Under the pieces are notes generated by a model that ran no database searches, was not told the DNA's origin, and worked only from the letters and a program-made list of their open reading frames with translations. A stretch of DNA of 64,000 bases from an uncultured Chthonomonadaceae bacterium (GTDB lineage: Bacteria; Armatimonadota; Chthonomonadetes; Chthonomonadales; Chthonomonadaceae), in the NCBI GenBank assembly GCA_963835065.1, contig CAWIEK010000044.1:288001-352000 (forward strand), written 5' to 3'. How positions within the stretch are numbered: the stretch's first letter is position 1; every line of letters starts with the position of its first letter. A program made the position numbers and the translations under genes. This document shows positions 20,384 through 30,790 of the stretch, in pieces.

Positions 20384-21688
20384 TTACGGCGACGCCGACT
20401 CCCCGTAAATCACTTCCGCAACCGTTTCGCCGACGATTTTCAGGGACGCGGCGGAGCATTTGTCGGGCGTGTCCTGCAGCGTGTGCCAGTACGGATAGTA
20501 ACTTGCGCCCGCAGGCGCGCTGTTGCCGAAGAAAGGGATCAGGTCAACGGTGCGGATGCCGGCTTTTATCAGGGCGAGATGGTCGTCATTGACGTTGAAG
20601 TTCAAATCCGAGCGGAACACATTGCTGTAACCGAGAACTTGCGCCGCCTGGTAGATTTTGGTCAGCGTACCTGGCGCGGCATTGAACGAGTTCTCTTCGC
20701 GGGGCAGCAGGATGTTTTTACCGCCCACCATGTCCAGCAGAATGCCGTAATCAGGGTAGCCGAAACGCTTGTCTTCCTGAAAGTGTTGGGCAAAGTAGCG
20801 CGAACCGAGTTCCACGCCTTCGCCTTCGCCATTATTCGCCAGAAAGTCGCCGTAATCCTCGCCATCGTCCAGAATCAGCAGGACGCCGACGGGCGGCTTC
20901 TTTTCCTTGAACATTTTTGCCAGTTGCAGCAAAATCGCCGCCCCGGACGCGCCATCATTGGCGGCGGGAATGGGATTGGTTCGGTTCCAGCCTTTCGGAC
21001 CGTAACGGTAAGCAGGCGCTTTGGCGGCTTCCGAAGAGTTCGGGCCGTCGGCTATCGGGCGCGAGTCCCAATGGGTAATCAGCAGTACGGGGTTTTGCGC
21101 GGGCGCAGTCGCTCCGGCGGGATAGATGATGCCGATAACGTTGGTAACGGGCAGGCCGCGATAGGAAAACGTCTGTGCCAGTGTCACGTCCGCGTACTTT
21201 TTCATCTCTTCCAGCAAAAATGTTTTGGCTTTTTCGTGCGGGTCGCTGCCCAAAGGACGCGGCCCAAAATCACACTGTTTTTTCAGCAGGGTATAGGCGG
21301 CATCGCCATCGAAGACAGGCCGCTTGCCCGCCGTGTTCCCTGTAGAGTCAGACGACCCGGAACCGCCCGCGGTTCCGTTTCCATTTCCCGTTGCGGAGGC
21401 AGGCGTAACGTTTGTGGGCGCGGAATTGGTGTTCGTTGCCGTGCCGCTTGTCCCGGCAGTATTGGCAGCCGTGCCCGAAGCAGAGGCAGACGCGGAAGTT
21501 ACTGTTGTTGCCGACGCATCGCCATGCTGGCAGCCGGCAAGCGACAGCAGGGGCAGGCAGGCCAATGCGCCCACCACGCTCCAATACGTTCGCCGCCCGT
21601 TCGTCCGGCCACATCCGGCGCGAACCGCGCGGCGAGTGGCGGCGCGGTTCGTTTGGTGGTTTTTAGCCTTACCTGGCGTTCGCAACAA
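20384..21688 (-). CDS. M28-family peptidase (glutaminyl cyclase-like) lipoprotein
   Basis: Lipobox LAGC, FGPRPLGS, HWDSRP, ANDGASG, DGEDYG, LDMVG, DDH, WHT. Confidence 0.88.
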   Translation of the reverse strand: MLRTPGKAKNHQTNRAATRRAVRAGCGRTNGRRTYWSVVGALACLPLLSLAGCQHGDASATTVTSASASASGTAANTAGTSGTATNTNSAPTNVTPASATGNGNGTAGGSGSSDSTGNTAGKRPVFDGDAAYTLLKKQCDFGPRPLGSDPHEKAKTFLLEEMKKYADVTLAQTFSYRGLPVTNVIGIIYPAGATAPAQNPVLLITHWDSRPIADGPNSSEAAKAPAYRYGPKGWNRTNPIPAANDGASGAAILLQLAKMFKEKKPPVGVLLILDDGEDYGDFLANNGEGEGVELGSRYFAQHFQEDKRFGYPDYGILLDMVGGKNILLPREENSFNAAPGTLTKIYQAAQVLGYSNVFRSDLNFNVNDDHLALIKAGIRTVDLIPFFGNSAPAGASYYPYWHTLQDTPDKCSAASLKIVGETVAEVIYGESASP

Positions 21689-22343
21689 GTCGGTTTTCGC
21701 CTTTCGTAATCGTCTTGTGGTCGTTGAGGTAGCTCGTCAGCGCGGCTTCCAGCGTGACGTCCGTTGTCTTTTCAATGTCGCTTTTCTGCCAGAACTTGAA
21801 ATAGCCGTGTGAGCCGTTGGCAAGCGGCGCGGGCATCGCAACGCGGTACGTTTTTCCCGCTTCCAGCGCGCTCCCGCCGATTTTCACGCCCACAACCCGC
21901 TTATTGCCGGGCGCGGACGGATTGAACGTTACGGTCAACCCCGAAGTCTGCAGAAAGCCCACATTGCGACCGGGGTACTGGTACAGGCTTTGCTCCAAGG
22001 CCGCCCGTATCTGCGCCCCGGTCAATTTCACAATGGCAATCACATCGCCCTTGTATTCCAGCGTTTTCATTACGTCGGGCAGGCCAAAACCGCCATGCGC
22101 AACCGAAACCGGCGCCTCCGTAAAGGCGGACGCGGAAACAAAGGCAAGGTCAGTTTTCGCGGACGCGCGAACGGCATCCGCCACCAAATTTCCGAGCAGC
22201 ACTTGATTGCTGCCCACTTCCTTGTTGGTCAAGTCGGCTTCGGCATGGTACGCCTGCGCCCTTGCCGCGCCCCCCATGACCGCCAATAATCCCGCCACCG
22301 CCGCGCAAGCGGCCAGCGTTTTGTAAGTTCGTCGGGTGTTCAT
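21669..22343 (-). CDS. Exported protein with 5'-nucleotidase C-terminal domain
   Basis: LGNLVADA, LTGAQIRAALE, FLQTSGL, YRVA. Confidence 0.8.
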   Translation of the reverse strand: MNTRRTYKTLAACAAVAGLLAVMGGAARAQAYHAEADLTNKEVGSNQVLLGNLVADAVRASAKTDLAFVSASAFTEAPVSVAHGGFGLPDVMKTLEYKGDVIAIVKLTGAQIRAALEQSLYQYPGRNVGFLQTSGLTVTFNPSAPGNKRVVGVKIGGSALEAGKTYRVAMPAPLANGSHGYFKFWQKSDIEKTTDVTLEAALTSYLNDHKTITKGENRLVANAR

Positions 22344-22357
22344 GTCGCTTCGCTCCG

Positions 22358-22479
22358 GGTGTTCAGGTGTTCAGGTGTTCAGGTGTTCAGGTAATTGCGT
22401 TTGCAGCGCCAAAGTAAACTTCGGTACTTTTATGTTCCCAAACACCTGAATACCCGAACACCTGAACACCTGAACACCT
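22358..22479. repeat. Octamer palindrome (GGTGTTCA)n...(TGAACACC)n
   Basis: Tandem repeats on both arms downstream of prfB. Confidence 0.85.
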
Positions 22480-23588
22480 ACTCCCTCCCCTGCTGCCACT
22501 GCAAATACGCCTGCAGGAACGGGTCAATGTTGCCGTTCATTACGCCGATTACGTCGCCGGTTTCCTGGCCTGTCCGGTGGTCTTTGACCATCGTGTAGGG
22601 CTGGAACACATACGAGCGATCCTGGCTGCCCCACTCATTGGCTTTGGATTCGCCGCGCATGGCGTTCATTTTCTCGTCGTTTTCGCGCCGCTCGCGTTCG
22701 AGTAAACGGGCTTGCAGCACGGACATGGCGAACGCTTTGTTTTTGTGCTGTGAGCGCTCGTTCTGGCACGTCACGACAAGGCCGGTCGGCAGGTGCGTGA
22801 TACGGACGGCGGAATCGGTCTTGTTGACGTGCTGGCCTCCCGCCCCGCTGGCGCGATAATAGTCAATTTGGAGATCATCGGGGTTGATGTCCACTTTGAT
22901 CTCCTCGCCAATATCGGGAAGAACGTCCACTTTGGCAAACGAGGTTTGCCGCCGTTTGGCCGCGTCGAACGGCGAGATTCGCACCAGCCGATGGACGCCC
23001 CGCTCCGCCTTCATGTATCCATACGTATTCTTGCCGTGAATGATAAACGTCGTATTGGTCAATCCGGCAATATCGGCTTCGCTTTCTTCCAAAATGTCCA
23101 CTTTGTAGCCGCGTAGTTCCGCCCATTTCAGGTACATGCGCTGAAGCATTGTGACCCAGTCGCAGGCGTCGGTTCCGCCCGCGCCCGCTTTGATTTCCAC
23201 AATCGCGTCCGCGCTGTCGTGTTCCCCCGAAAGCAGCGTTTCCAGTTCCAGACGTTCCAGTTCGGCGGCGAGGGCAGTGGCTTCCCGATCCTGCTCGGCA
23301 AGGGTTTCCGGGTCGTCTACGCCTTCTTCGGACAACAGTTCGCACATGGCTTCCAGATCGTCTGCCCGCGCCTGCGCCGCCCGAAGGGGAGCCAGTTTTT
23401 CTTTAATCTGGCTCAGCCGCTGGAGTAATTCCTGCGCCTGCGCGGGATCGTTCCACAAGTCCGGCTGCGCCGCTTTGGTTTCTAAATCGTTGATTTCCTG
23501 CTGGCGATTGGCCTGGTCAAAGATGGCCTCCCAGCTCGTCCAGCCGGGCGCGCAATTCGCGCGCCCGCGCCTTTATCTCTTCGAGCAT
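22478..23588 (-). CDS. prfB: Peptide chain release factor 2 with programmed +1 frameshift
   Basis: SPF motif and GGQ; 23-codon ORF MLEEIKARAR...GGHL ends GGGAGG-CCAT-CTT-TGA-C at 23516-23522. Confidence 0.97.
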
Positions 23589-23842
23589 GTTTCAGATTCT
23601 CCCTCTGTTGCTTCCGCCTTCATTTTGGGCGCAAAGATGGTTTTGTTCTTATATTTGTCCTATGTTCAGTATACTGCCGCGCCCCTGCCTTGTCAAGCAT
23701 ACCGCCCTTGCATCAGGGCCTCTATAGACGATACGACGCGGCAGGGATACACAACGCCGATCCACACCCCAACTACAAGTGATTTTTTAGCGGCCTTGCG
23801 CGTAACAACATTGAAATTTGGATTTAAAAGGGAGAACGAAGA

Positions 23843-25180
23843 ATGCCCGAAGGCTTTCTGGATATAATTAAGCGGGTGCGCGGCGAGGGGAATTACGCTG
23901 GGGATGAGTTCGGCGGCGCGATGGGCAAGGACGGAAGTGGCCTGCCGGACGGCGACGCGCGGAAGTTCCTGTTTGCAACCGGTATCGAGTGTTCCTATCC
24001 GACCATTGACAACGGACGTACTCGGCGCGACCTGCTGGAAGAGTGCGGGCATTACAAGCATTGGCGCGAAGACCTACGGCTTGTAAAAGAACTCGGCTTG
24101 AAGGCGCTGCGCTACGGCCTGCCCTACCACAAAACCCATTTAGGCGCGGGCAGGTACGATTGGGAATTCGCGGATCTGGTGATGGCGGAAATGAAGAAGT
24201 TGGAAATCACGCCCATTCTGGACCTGCTGCACTTCGGGCTGCCCGATTGGCTGGGCAATTTCCAGAACCCGGAATTTCCCGTCCACTTCGCCGATTACGC
24301 GGAAGCCGTTTCCAGGCGCTACCCCTGGGTGCGCTACTACACGCCCGTCAATGAAATCTACGTTACGGCCCGCATCAGCGCCAAAGACGGCATTTGGAAC
24401 GAGCAACTGAAATCGGACAGGGCGTTTGTCACCGCCATGAAGCACCTGGTTGCGGCCAGCACGCTCGCCACACACGGCATCGCCCGCCATCGGCCCGACT
24501 GCGTGATTGTACAATCCGAAAGCGCGGAATATACGCATGAAGCCTGCGCCCTGCCGTCACCGCAGGTTCGGCTGAACAACAAACTGCGCCTGCTGTCGCT
24601 GGATTTGCTGTATGCCTGCCCGCCCGACGCTGAAGTATGTATGTACCTGCTCGATAACGGCATGACGCGGGAAGAATACGATTGGAAAATGCGCGGCGAG
24701 CCGCCCGGCTATCAGGTTATGGGCAACGATTACTACGGGCGCAACGAGCATATCCTGCTGCCGGATGGCAAAATGTGCGAGGCCGAAGATGTAATGGGCT
24801 GGTATCAAATCACCAAAATGTACTACGAGCGCTACCGAAAGCCCGTGATGCACACGGAAACCAATGTCTTCGACGCGGACGCGGCTCCCACTTGGCTGTG
24901 GAAGCAATGGATCAACATCCTGCGGCTGCGCAAGGACGGCGTTCCCGTCCTGGGCTTTACCTGGTACAGCCTGACCGATCAGGTAGATTGGGACATTCAG
25001 CTAGGGGAAAAGAAGGGCAGGGTCAATGCCTGCGGCTTATACGACCTGGACCGCAAGCCCCGTCCCGTTGCCGCCGCGTACCATTCGCTCCTGCAGGAAT
25101 TCGGGCAGATAACCATTGTGCCGCATGGCGAACTGTTTGAAGTAACCGATCAGCCGGCCATGCTGAAAGTGGAAGTGTGA
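23843..25180 (+). CDS. Glycoside hydrolase family 1-like beta-glucosidase
   Basis: FATGIECS, LRYG, DLLHFGLP, YTPVNE, HTETN, GFTWYSL. Confidence 0.85.
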   Translation: MPEGFLDIIKRVRGEGNYAGDEFGGAMGKDGSGLPDGDARKFLFATGIECSYPTIDNGRTRRDLLEECGHYKHWREDLRLVKELGLKALRYGLPYHKTHLGAGRYDWEFADLVMAEMKKLEITPILDLLHFGLPDWLGNFQNPEFPVHFADYAEAVSRRYPWVRYYTPVNEIYVTARISAKDGIWNEQLKSDRAFVTAMKHLVAASTLATHGIARHRPDCVIVQSESAEYTHEACALPSPQVRLNNKLRLLSLDLLYACPPDAEVCMYLLDNGMTREEYDWKMRGEPPGYQVMGNDYYGRNEHILLPDGKMCEAEDVMGWYQITKMYYERYRKPVMHTETNVFDADAAPTWLWKQWINILRLRKDGVPVLGFTWYSLTDQVDWDIQLGEKKGRVNACGLYDLDRKPRPVAAAYHSLLQEFGQITIVPHGELFEVTDQPAMLKVEV

Positions 25181-25235
25181 ACGTTTATCTTATAGTTAAG
25201 TGTAAACCTTACACTAATTACATACGCTATTTTGG

Positions 25236-25262
25236 GGAACTTCCTTCCTTGCTCGTTCGTCT
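25236..25262 (+). promoter_or_regulatory. ECF-type promoter motif
   Basis: GGAAC-N17-CGTCT. Confidence 0.45.
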
Positions 25263-25683
25263 TTTGTGCAAATGCGGAAAATTACCTCTAGGTTATAATG
25301 AGCTACCTATCCCCTTTCGATAGCGCGCGTTTCGCTCCCACGACCTGCGCGTTTGTCGAGCGCACCGCCCCGGTGTACCACCCACTTGTTGGCATGCTCT
25401 GAATTGGCTCATGTTCGCTGCTTCATACTGACAGGTCTTGACACAGGCCGACAAGAACCGTTTTCTCCCCTTGGCGTGGGGAAGCGTTATTGTCTGTTGC
25501 CGTTGTGTATTCAAGCCGGATGTGTTACAGTCGGTCTTTTCGTCGTACAGCCTGACTGCCATCCTCTGCCTTGCGCCTGCCTGGTTTTCTCAGGCGGTTG
25601 GCTGCGCTGTCGCCCCCGGCGCTTCCAAATGCAGCAGACAGTATCTCAGACACGCCTATTTTTACCTCATGGAGATAAGAGCA

Positions 25684-27159
25684 ATGAAGAGTTTCGACCT
25701 GGTCGTCGCCTCCCATCTTCGCTGGAGCTTTGTGTGGCAGCGCCCGCAACAGCTGCTTTCCCGCCTTGCCAAGCAGCATCGCGTCTTGTTTGTGGAAGAG
25801 CCGGTACACGCCCCCGATGACGCGCAGCCGCTTTCCGCCCTTGTCAGCGAACCGACGCCCGGCATTACGGTTCTGGTTCCGCAGGTGCGCGCGTCCGAAT
25901 GTGGCGACACCCCGCTGTGGCTGTGGCCGTGCCGCGATGAGATTACCCGGCAGGTGCGCGAAGTGATGCGCAATATGGAGTTCCGCAGCCGCGCCCTGTG
26001 GCTGTACACGCCCACGCCCGATTTCATGGTGGAAGCCGTTTCGCCGGATATGCTGGTCTACGACGTGATGGACGAACTTGCCAATTTCGCCTTTGCGCCC
26101 CCGCAGTTGAAAGCCAACGAAAAGCGGCTGCTCGGCCAGTCCGCAGTGGTGTTCACGGGCGGCGCGTCCATGTACGAGTCCAAGAAGCACCTCAATCCGA
26201 ACACCCATTTGTTCGCCAGCGGCGTGGACGGAAAGCACTACGCGACCGCCTGCGACCCGGCGACAACCACGCCCGACTGGATGCTGACTCTTCCCGATGG
26301 CCCCCGCGCCACCTACATCGGCGTGATTGACGAGCGCCTGGATTACGATTTGATTGCGCAAATGGCCGCAGCCCGCCCCGACGTGCAGTTCCTGATATGC
26401 GGGCCGTTCGCCAAAGTGGACCCCGCGCAGTTGCCTCAGGCCCCGAACCTGCACTATCCCGGCCAGCAGCAGTACGCCGACCTGCCGCGCATTCTGAAAG
26501 GCACGGACATTTGCCTGATGCCCTTTGCCATGAACGAGGCGACCAAGTTTATCAGCCCGACCAAAACGCTGGAATACATGGCGACGCATCGCCCGATTGT
26601 GTCCACGCCGATTGTGGATGTGGTTCGCTTTTATAGCGATATTGTCTACCTTGCCGATACGCCCGAACAGTTTATCGCGCATATCGCTGCTGCGCTCAAC
26701 GAGGCTGCGGAAGACCGCGCGCGCAAGCGCAAGCGCGAGGAAAAAATACTCGCCGAACAAGCCTGGGACGCCATTGCCGACAACATGGAAACCCTGATGC
26801 AGCGCGAATGGGCCAAAACGACGGCAGGCAAGGGTCAGGTCACGACCCGGCGCGCGCCCGTATCCGTTCCGAGCGTTTCGCCCGCGAGTTCAGCCACTGT
26901 CGGCGCAATGCCTGCAGGTTCCAAAGCCGCACATTCCGCGCCTGCGGCTTCAACAGCAATCGGCATGACGGCAGCGGCCACTTCCGGTTCTGCGGCGGCA
27001 AAGCCTTCCGCGAATATGCCGTCCGTTTCGGCTTCCGGCTCTGCGGTATCGGCTTCCGCGCCTGCCGCATCGGGCGCTTCCATTACGGCCAACTCAGCCG
27101 CTTCCGCCCCTTCCGCTTACGGAAGCACGGGCAGCGCGATACGACGGGGAGAAAAATAG
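25684..27159 (+). CDS. Glycosyltransferase (GT4-like) with Ala/Ser-rich tail
   Basis: SHLRWSFVWQRPQQL, YDVMDEL, GVIDERLD, FISPTKTLEY. Confidence 0.88.
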   Translation: MKSFDLVVASHLRWSFVWQRPQQLLSRLAKQHRVLFVEEPVHAPDDAQPLSALVSEPTPGITVLVPQVRASECGDTPLWLWPCRDEITRQVREVMRNMEFRSRALWLYTPTPDFMVEAVSPDMLVYDVMDELANFAFAPPQLKANEKRLLGQSAVVFTGGASMYESKKHLNPNTHLFASGVDGKHYATACDPATTTPDWMLTLPDGPRATYIGVIDERLDYDLIAQMAAARPDVQFLICGPFAKVDPAQLPQAPNLHYPGQQQYADLPRILKGTDICLMPFAMNEATKFISPTKTLEYMATHRPIVSTPIVDVVRFYSDIVYLADTPEQFIAHIAAALNEAAEDRARKRKREEKILAEQAWDAIADNMETLMQREWAKTTAGKGQVTTRRAPVSVPSVSPASSATVGAMPAGSKAAHSAPAASTAIGMTAAATSGSAAAKPSANMPSVSASGSAVSASAPAASGASITANSAASAPSAYGSTGSAIRRGEK

Positions 27160-27162
27160 ATC

Positions 27163-28584
27163 ATGTTGGGACAGCTTCAACCCGATCAGCGCGTGGTAAT
27201 TTTAGGCAGCGGGCCGACCGGCCTGGGAGCCGCGTACCGCCTGAAAGAACTCGGCCATGACAACTTTCAGATTTATGACCGCGATACGCAGGTCGGCGGA
27301 CTCGCCACGTCCTACACGGACGCGCAGGGCTTTGTGTGGGACATCGGCGGGCATGTGCAGTTTTCGCACTACCGCTACTTCGACAAGCTGATGGACGCGG
27401 CGGTTACGCCGCCCAAAGGTCCCGGCTGGCTCGACCACGAGCGCGAGTCGTGGGTGTGGATTGAGAACCGTTTCGTGCCGTACCCGTTCCAGAACAACAT
27501 CCGCTACCTGGAACCGGAAACGCGCTGGAAATGCCTGCAAGGGCTGATTCACCTGTACAAACAGCCGTTTCAGGGCAAGCCCAAAAACTTCCGCGAGTGG
27601 ATAGACGCAACGTTCGGGCCGGGATTGGGCGAAGTGTTTATGATCCCGTACAACTTCAAGGTATGGGCGTTTCCGGGCGAGGATATGGACTTCAACTGGA
27701 TCGGCGAGCGTGTGGCCGTGACCGATCTGGAAAAAGTGCTGTACAACGTGCTGCACGAAAAAGATGATCTGTCGTGGGGGCCGAACAACACTTTTCGGTT
27801 CCCCAAGCACGGCGGCACGGGCGCAATCTGGGAAAACGTGGCGGATCTGGTAGGGCGCGATAAAATCACGCTCAACGCAACGGTCAACAGCATAGACCCG
27901 TCCGCGAAAAAGGTGTTCTTTGCGGACGGCAAGGAAGTGGAATACGATGTACTAATTTCCACCCTGCCCATTGACCGCCTGGTGGAGATGGCCGAACTGA
28001 ACCATCTGAAAGAACCCGCGTCGCACCTGAAGTACAGCAGCAGCAACATTATCGGCATCGGACTGAGCGGCAAGCCGCCCGCCGACCTGAAGAAAAAGTG
28101 CTGGATGTATTTCCCGGAAGACGATTGCCCGTTTTACCGAGTGACCGTGTTCAGCAATTACAGCCCGAACAACGTGCCTGACATCAACACGCAATGGAGC
28201 CTGATGGCCGAAATCAGCGAGTTGCCCGCCAAGCCCGTCAATGTGGATTGCGTCGTGGAAAATACCATTGATGGTATGCGGAACACGAAACTGATTGACA
28301 AAAGCCATGACGTGCTTTCCACATGGAGCTACCGCGCCCACTACGGCTATCCGACGCCGGCACTGGGCCGCGACCATGCGCTCAACGCCATACAGCCGCA
28401 GTTGGAAAAACTCGGCATCTACTCGCGGGGGCGTTTCGGCGGCTGGAAGTACGAAGTAAGCAATCAGGATCACAGCCTGATGCAGGGCGTGGAACTCGTG
28501 GACAAGCTGAAATTAGGCGTACCGGAAATCACCTACTGGTTCCCCAACACCGCCAACAACATGGGCTACGCCAAAAACCGCTAA
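27163..28584 (+). CDS. FAD-dependent UDP-galactopyranose mutase, eukaryote-type
   Basis: GSGPTGLGAA, DIGGHVQFSHY, VPYPFQNN, WGPNNTFRFP, YFPEDDCPFYR, GRFGGWKYEVSNQDHS. Confidence 0.75.
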   Translation: MLGQLQPDQRVVILGSGPTGLGAAYRLKELGHDNFQIYDRDTQVGGLATSYTDAQGFVWDIGGHVQFSHYRYFDKLMDAAVTPPKGPGWLDHERESWVWIENRFVPYPFQNNIRYLEPETRWKCLQGLIHLYKQPFQGKPKNFREWIDATFGPGLGEVFMIPYNFKVWAFPGEDMDFNWIGERVAVTDLEKVLYNVLHEKDDLSWGPNNTFRFPKHGGTGAIWENVADLVGRDKITLNATVNSIDPSAKKVFFADGKEVEYDVLISTLPIDRLVEMAELNHLKEPASHLKYSSSNIIGIGLSGKPPADLKKKCWMYFPEDDCPFYRVTVFSNYSPNNVPDINTQWSLMAEISELPAKPVNVDCVVENTIDGMRNTKLIDKSHDVLSTWSYRAHYGYPTPALGRDHALNAIQPQLEKLGIYSRGRFGGWKYEVSNQDHSLMQGVELVDKLKLGVPEITYWFPNTANNMGYAKNR

Positions 28585-28609
28585 ACAATCGAATAGGGGC
28601 ATAATACAG

Positions 28610-28640
28610 AGCGGGCGGCACATAAAAATGTGCCGCCTGC
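28610..28640. terminator. Hairpin between convergent genes
   Basis: gcgggcggcacat-aaaa-atgtgccgcctgc. Confidence 0.6.
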
Positions 28641-28677
28641 ATGTTATCATGTTCAGAAGATTTCTTTTGGAGGAAGG

Positions 28678-29580
28678 CTACTGCGAGCCAGCATTAACCA
28701 GCCATACTTCCAAATCAGCAATTGACGTGAAATCAAACAACGCTTCGCCAAGTTCGTCAAGTTTATCCGATGACAGTTGACCAAGACGCTCGGTAGTTTC
28801 GGAAGGGATGGAACCAAACCGCCGTCGTACCTGACGGCTGACAAGTTCCTGTTTTCCTTTATGCATTCCAGTGCGTTCCCAACTCGTAATCATGACCATT
28901 GTGGCCTCCTTTTCTTCGGGCGCGAGGGCGGCGAATTCGCGCTCGTACTTCTTCATTTCCGCTGTCGTCAGTCTCAGATAGCCGTCAATGAACCCGCCGA
29001 TGAGTTTCGATTGGGCCGGGTCTAATTTCAGCGTCGTCAGTAGGCGCAGACATTCCAGCCTTACTTTGGGCCTGTCGGCTGCCGACATTTTCATCTTGGT
29101 CATCAGCGCGGTTGCCGCCGGATTGGGGCGTTTCAGAAACTGACGCCACGGAATCCGGTTTAGCTGAATCACCTTGTAATCGAATTGTAACACATTTCTG
29201 CCGGGAAAGGACACGGCGAAGCGCGTCGGTTCCGCGCGTTGCGGCTTGTCGTAAGAGAAAATAACGACGGGATAGATGGGCAGGTCGTACTTTTCCAGCA
29301 ACCGGGAAAAATAGACGAACATGCGCTTTGGAAAACCGGGCTTTGCGCTTGCCTGATTTTCTACATGGATCAGGAAAAACGTGTCCTGTCCGCGAAAACG
29401 CGCTTTTACCAGAACATCTACCTCGTGCTTTTCGCCTGCCGTGACATCCGTAAACACCTCGTTGTTGATAAACTCAAAGGACGTAGGATCGAGGTAGGCT
29501 GCCACATCCGGCAAAAAGGCTTCGACAAACTCCATGAAGAAGTTCGTCAGCAATTCTTTGAACATGCGGTCGTGATCCAT
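28678..29580 (-). CDS. Rpn-like (PD-(D/E)xK) protein with DUF4351 C-terminus
   Basis: DHDRMFKELL, FLIHVENQ, RMFVY, RRFG...LDELGEALFDFTSIADLEVWL. Confidence 0.85.
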   Translation of the reverse strand: MDHDRMFKELLTNFFMEFVEAFLPDVAAYLDPTSFEFINNEVFTDVTAGEKHEVDVLVKARFRGQDTFFLIHVENQASAKPGFPKRMFVYFSRLLEKYDLPIYPVVIFSYDKPQRAEPTRFAVSFPGRNVLQFDYKVIQLNRIPWRQFLKRPNPAATALMTKMKMSAADRPKVRLECLRLLTTLKLDPAQSKLIGGFIDGYLRLTTAEMKKYEREFAALAPEEKEATMVMITSWERTGMHKGKQELVSRQVRRRFGSIPSETTERLGQLSSDKLDELGEALFDFTSIADLEVWLVNAGSQ

Positions 29581-29709
29581 AATACTGTTAGTGTACCCTC
29601 TATTTCTTGGCTCCTCTCCGTCAGCAAAAATCAGTACAGCCGTAAGGAAATAAGTGAGCGGCACATCAACAGCGCCGCTCACTTATTTCGTGTACACACT
29701 GTTCTCTTA

Positions 29710-30702
29710 TCAGGAATTTTGCCACAGGAGAAGCCCTAGAAACAGCAGTCCGACAACTAATGTACCGGCAATCGAGCCTACGGGCTTAAGCCAGTTCCGG
29801 CGACACTGCTGCATGACAAGTTGGCGCGTTGCAGCAGATAACCGGCGGTATTCAGGCTGAAACAGAAACAACAGCATCGGAACCTGATAAGCCAGAACCG
29901 CCGTAAGCAGTAGGGCGGAGGCCGCGCTCACGAGCAGAGCCGTTATTGCGCCCAACATCCACTGGCGCAGCAACACTGCCACAACAAACATGCCGATGTA
30001 AATAGCGTTTGTGGGTATTTGCTGCAATCCGATTTGCAGGCATTGATTTTGGAAGGCCGTTCGCGCCCTGCTGTTGGTTGGGTTCAGCCGCAAAGCGGAT
30101 ACGTAAGCCTCCATCGCTTTCCAGTGCCGCTGCTGCTGCGAAAGCGCTTCACCAAGCCAGAAATGCGCTTTATCACAATCCGCCGAAATTTGCAGCGCAA
30201 CGCGGGCGTGATGCTCAACATTTACCCATTGCTGTTGGCGCATAGACACGTCTGCCAGCAACAGGTGTGTCTTCAGGTTTTCAGGAGCCACTTGCGCCAT
30301 GCGCAGCCCAATAGCCTCTGCCTCATCTATTTGTTTGCAGGCCAGCAACGCATATCCTAACGTTGCCAGGACAAATGGATGCTGAGGTTTGTATCGCGCC
30401 GCGTCATAAGCCGCCGCCAGCGCTTCCTCATTTCGTCCCAATCCGCGTAAACTCGTACTCCGCAGCCGATGCGCCCAATCTGAGATCGGGTTTGTGGACA
30501 ATGCTTTCTCTGCTGCCGCTAAAGATTCTTCCCATTCGCCCATATCTGAGTATGCAAGCGACAGATGGCAAAGCAAGTCTGCATCGAACGGCGCAGTTGC
30601 CAAAGCGCGTTGCAGCAGAGGAAGCGCCTCGCGCGTCCGGCCTACATCCCGAAGAACGCGCGCTTGCTGAACTAAGTTTTCCACTTCCGGCGAATGTTTC
30701 AT
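29710..30702 (-). CDS. TPR-repeat membrane protein
   Basis: Multiple TPR-like helices followed by C-terminal TM segments. Confidence 0.8.
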   Translation of the reverse strand: MKHSPEVENLVQQARVLRDVGRTREALPLLQRALATAPFDADLLCHLSLAYSDMGEWEESLAAAEKALSTNPISDWAHRLRSTSLRGLGRNEEALAAAYDAARYKPQHPFVLATLGYALLACKQIDEAEAIGLRMAQVAPENLKTHLLLADVSMRQQQWVNVEHHARVALQISADCDKAHFWLGEALSQQQRHWKAMEAYVSALRLNPTNSRARTAFQNQCLQIGLQQIPTNAIYIGMFVVAVLLRQWMLGAITALLVSAASALLLTAVLAYQVPMLLFLFQPEYRRLSAATRQLVMQQCRRNWLKPVGSIAGTLVVGLLFLGLLLWQNS

Positions 30703-30790
30703 CTTACGGTTTCTTATCTTCTGTTGCGTCTGAAGTCAGCCGTTTATTTGCGTTCATTCGCGTTCATTCGCGGCTAATTTCCCCTGAACT

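Noticed and set aside
25438..25683. 82-aa N-terminal extension of the glycosyltransferase
   Set aside because: Non-protein-like composition; family homology and SD start at 25684
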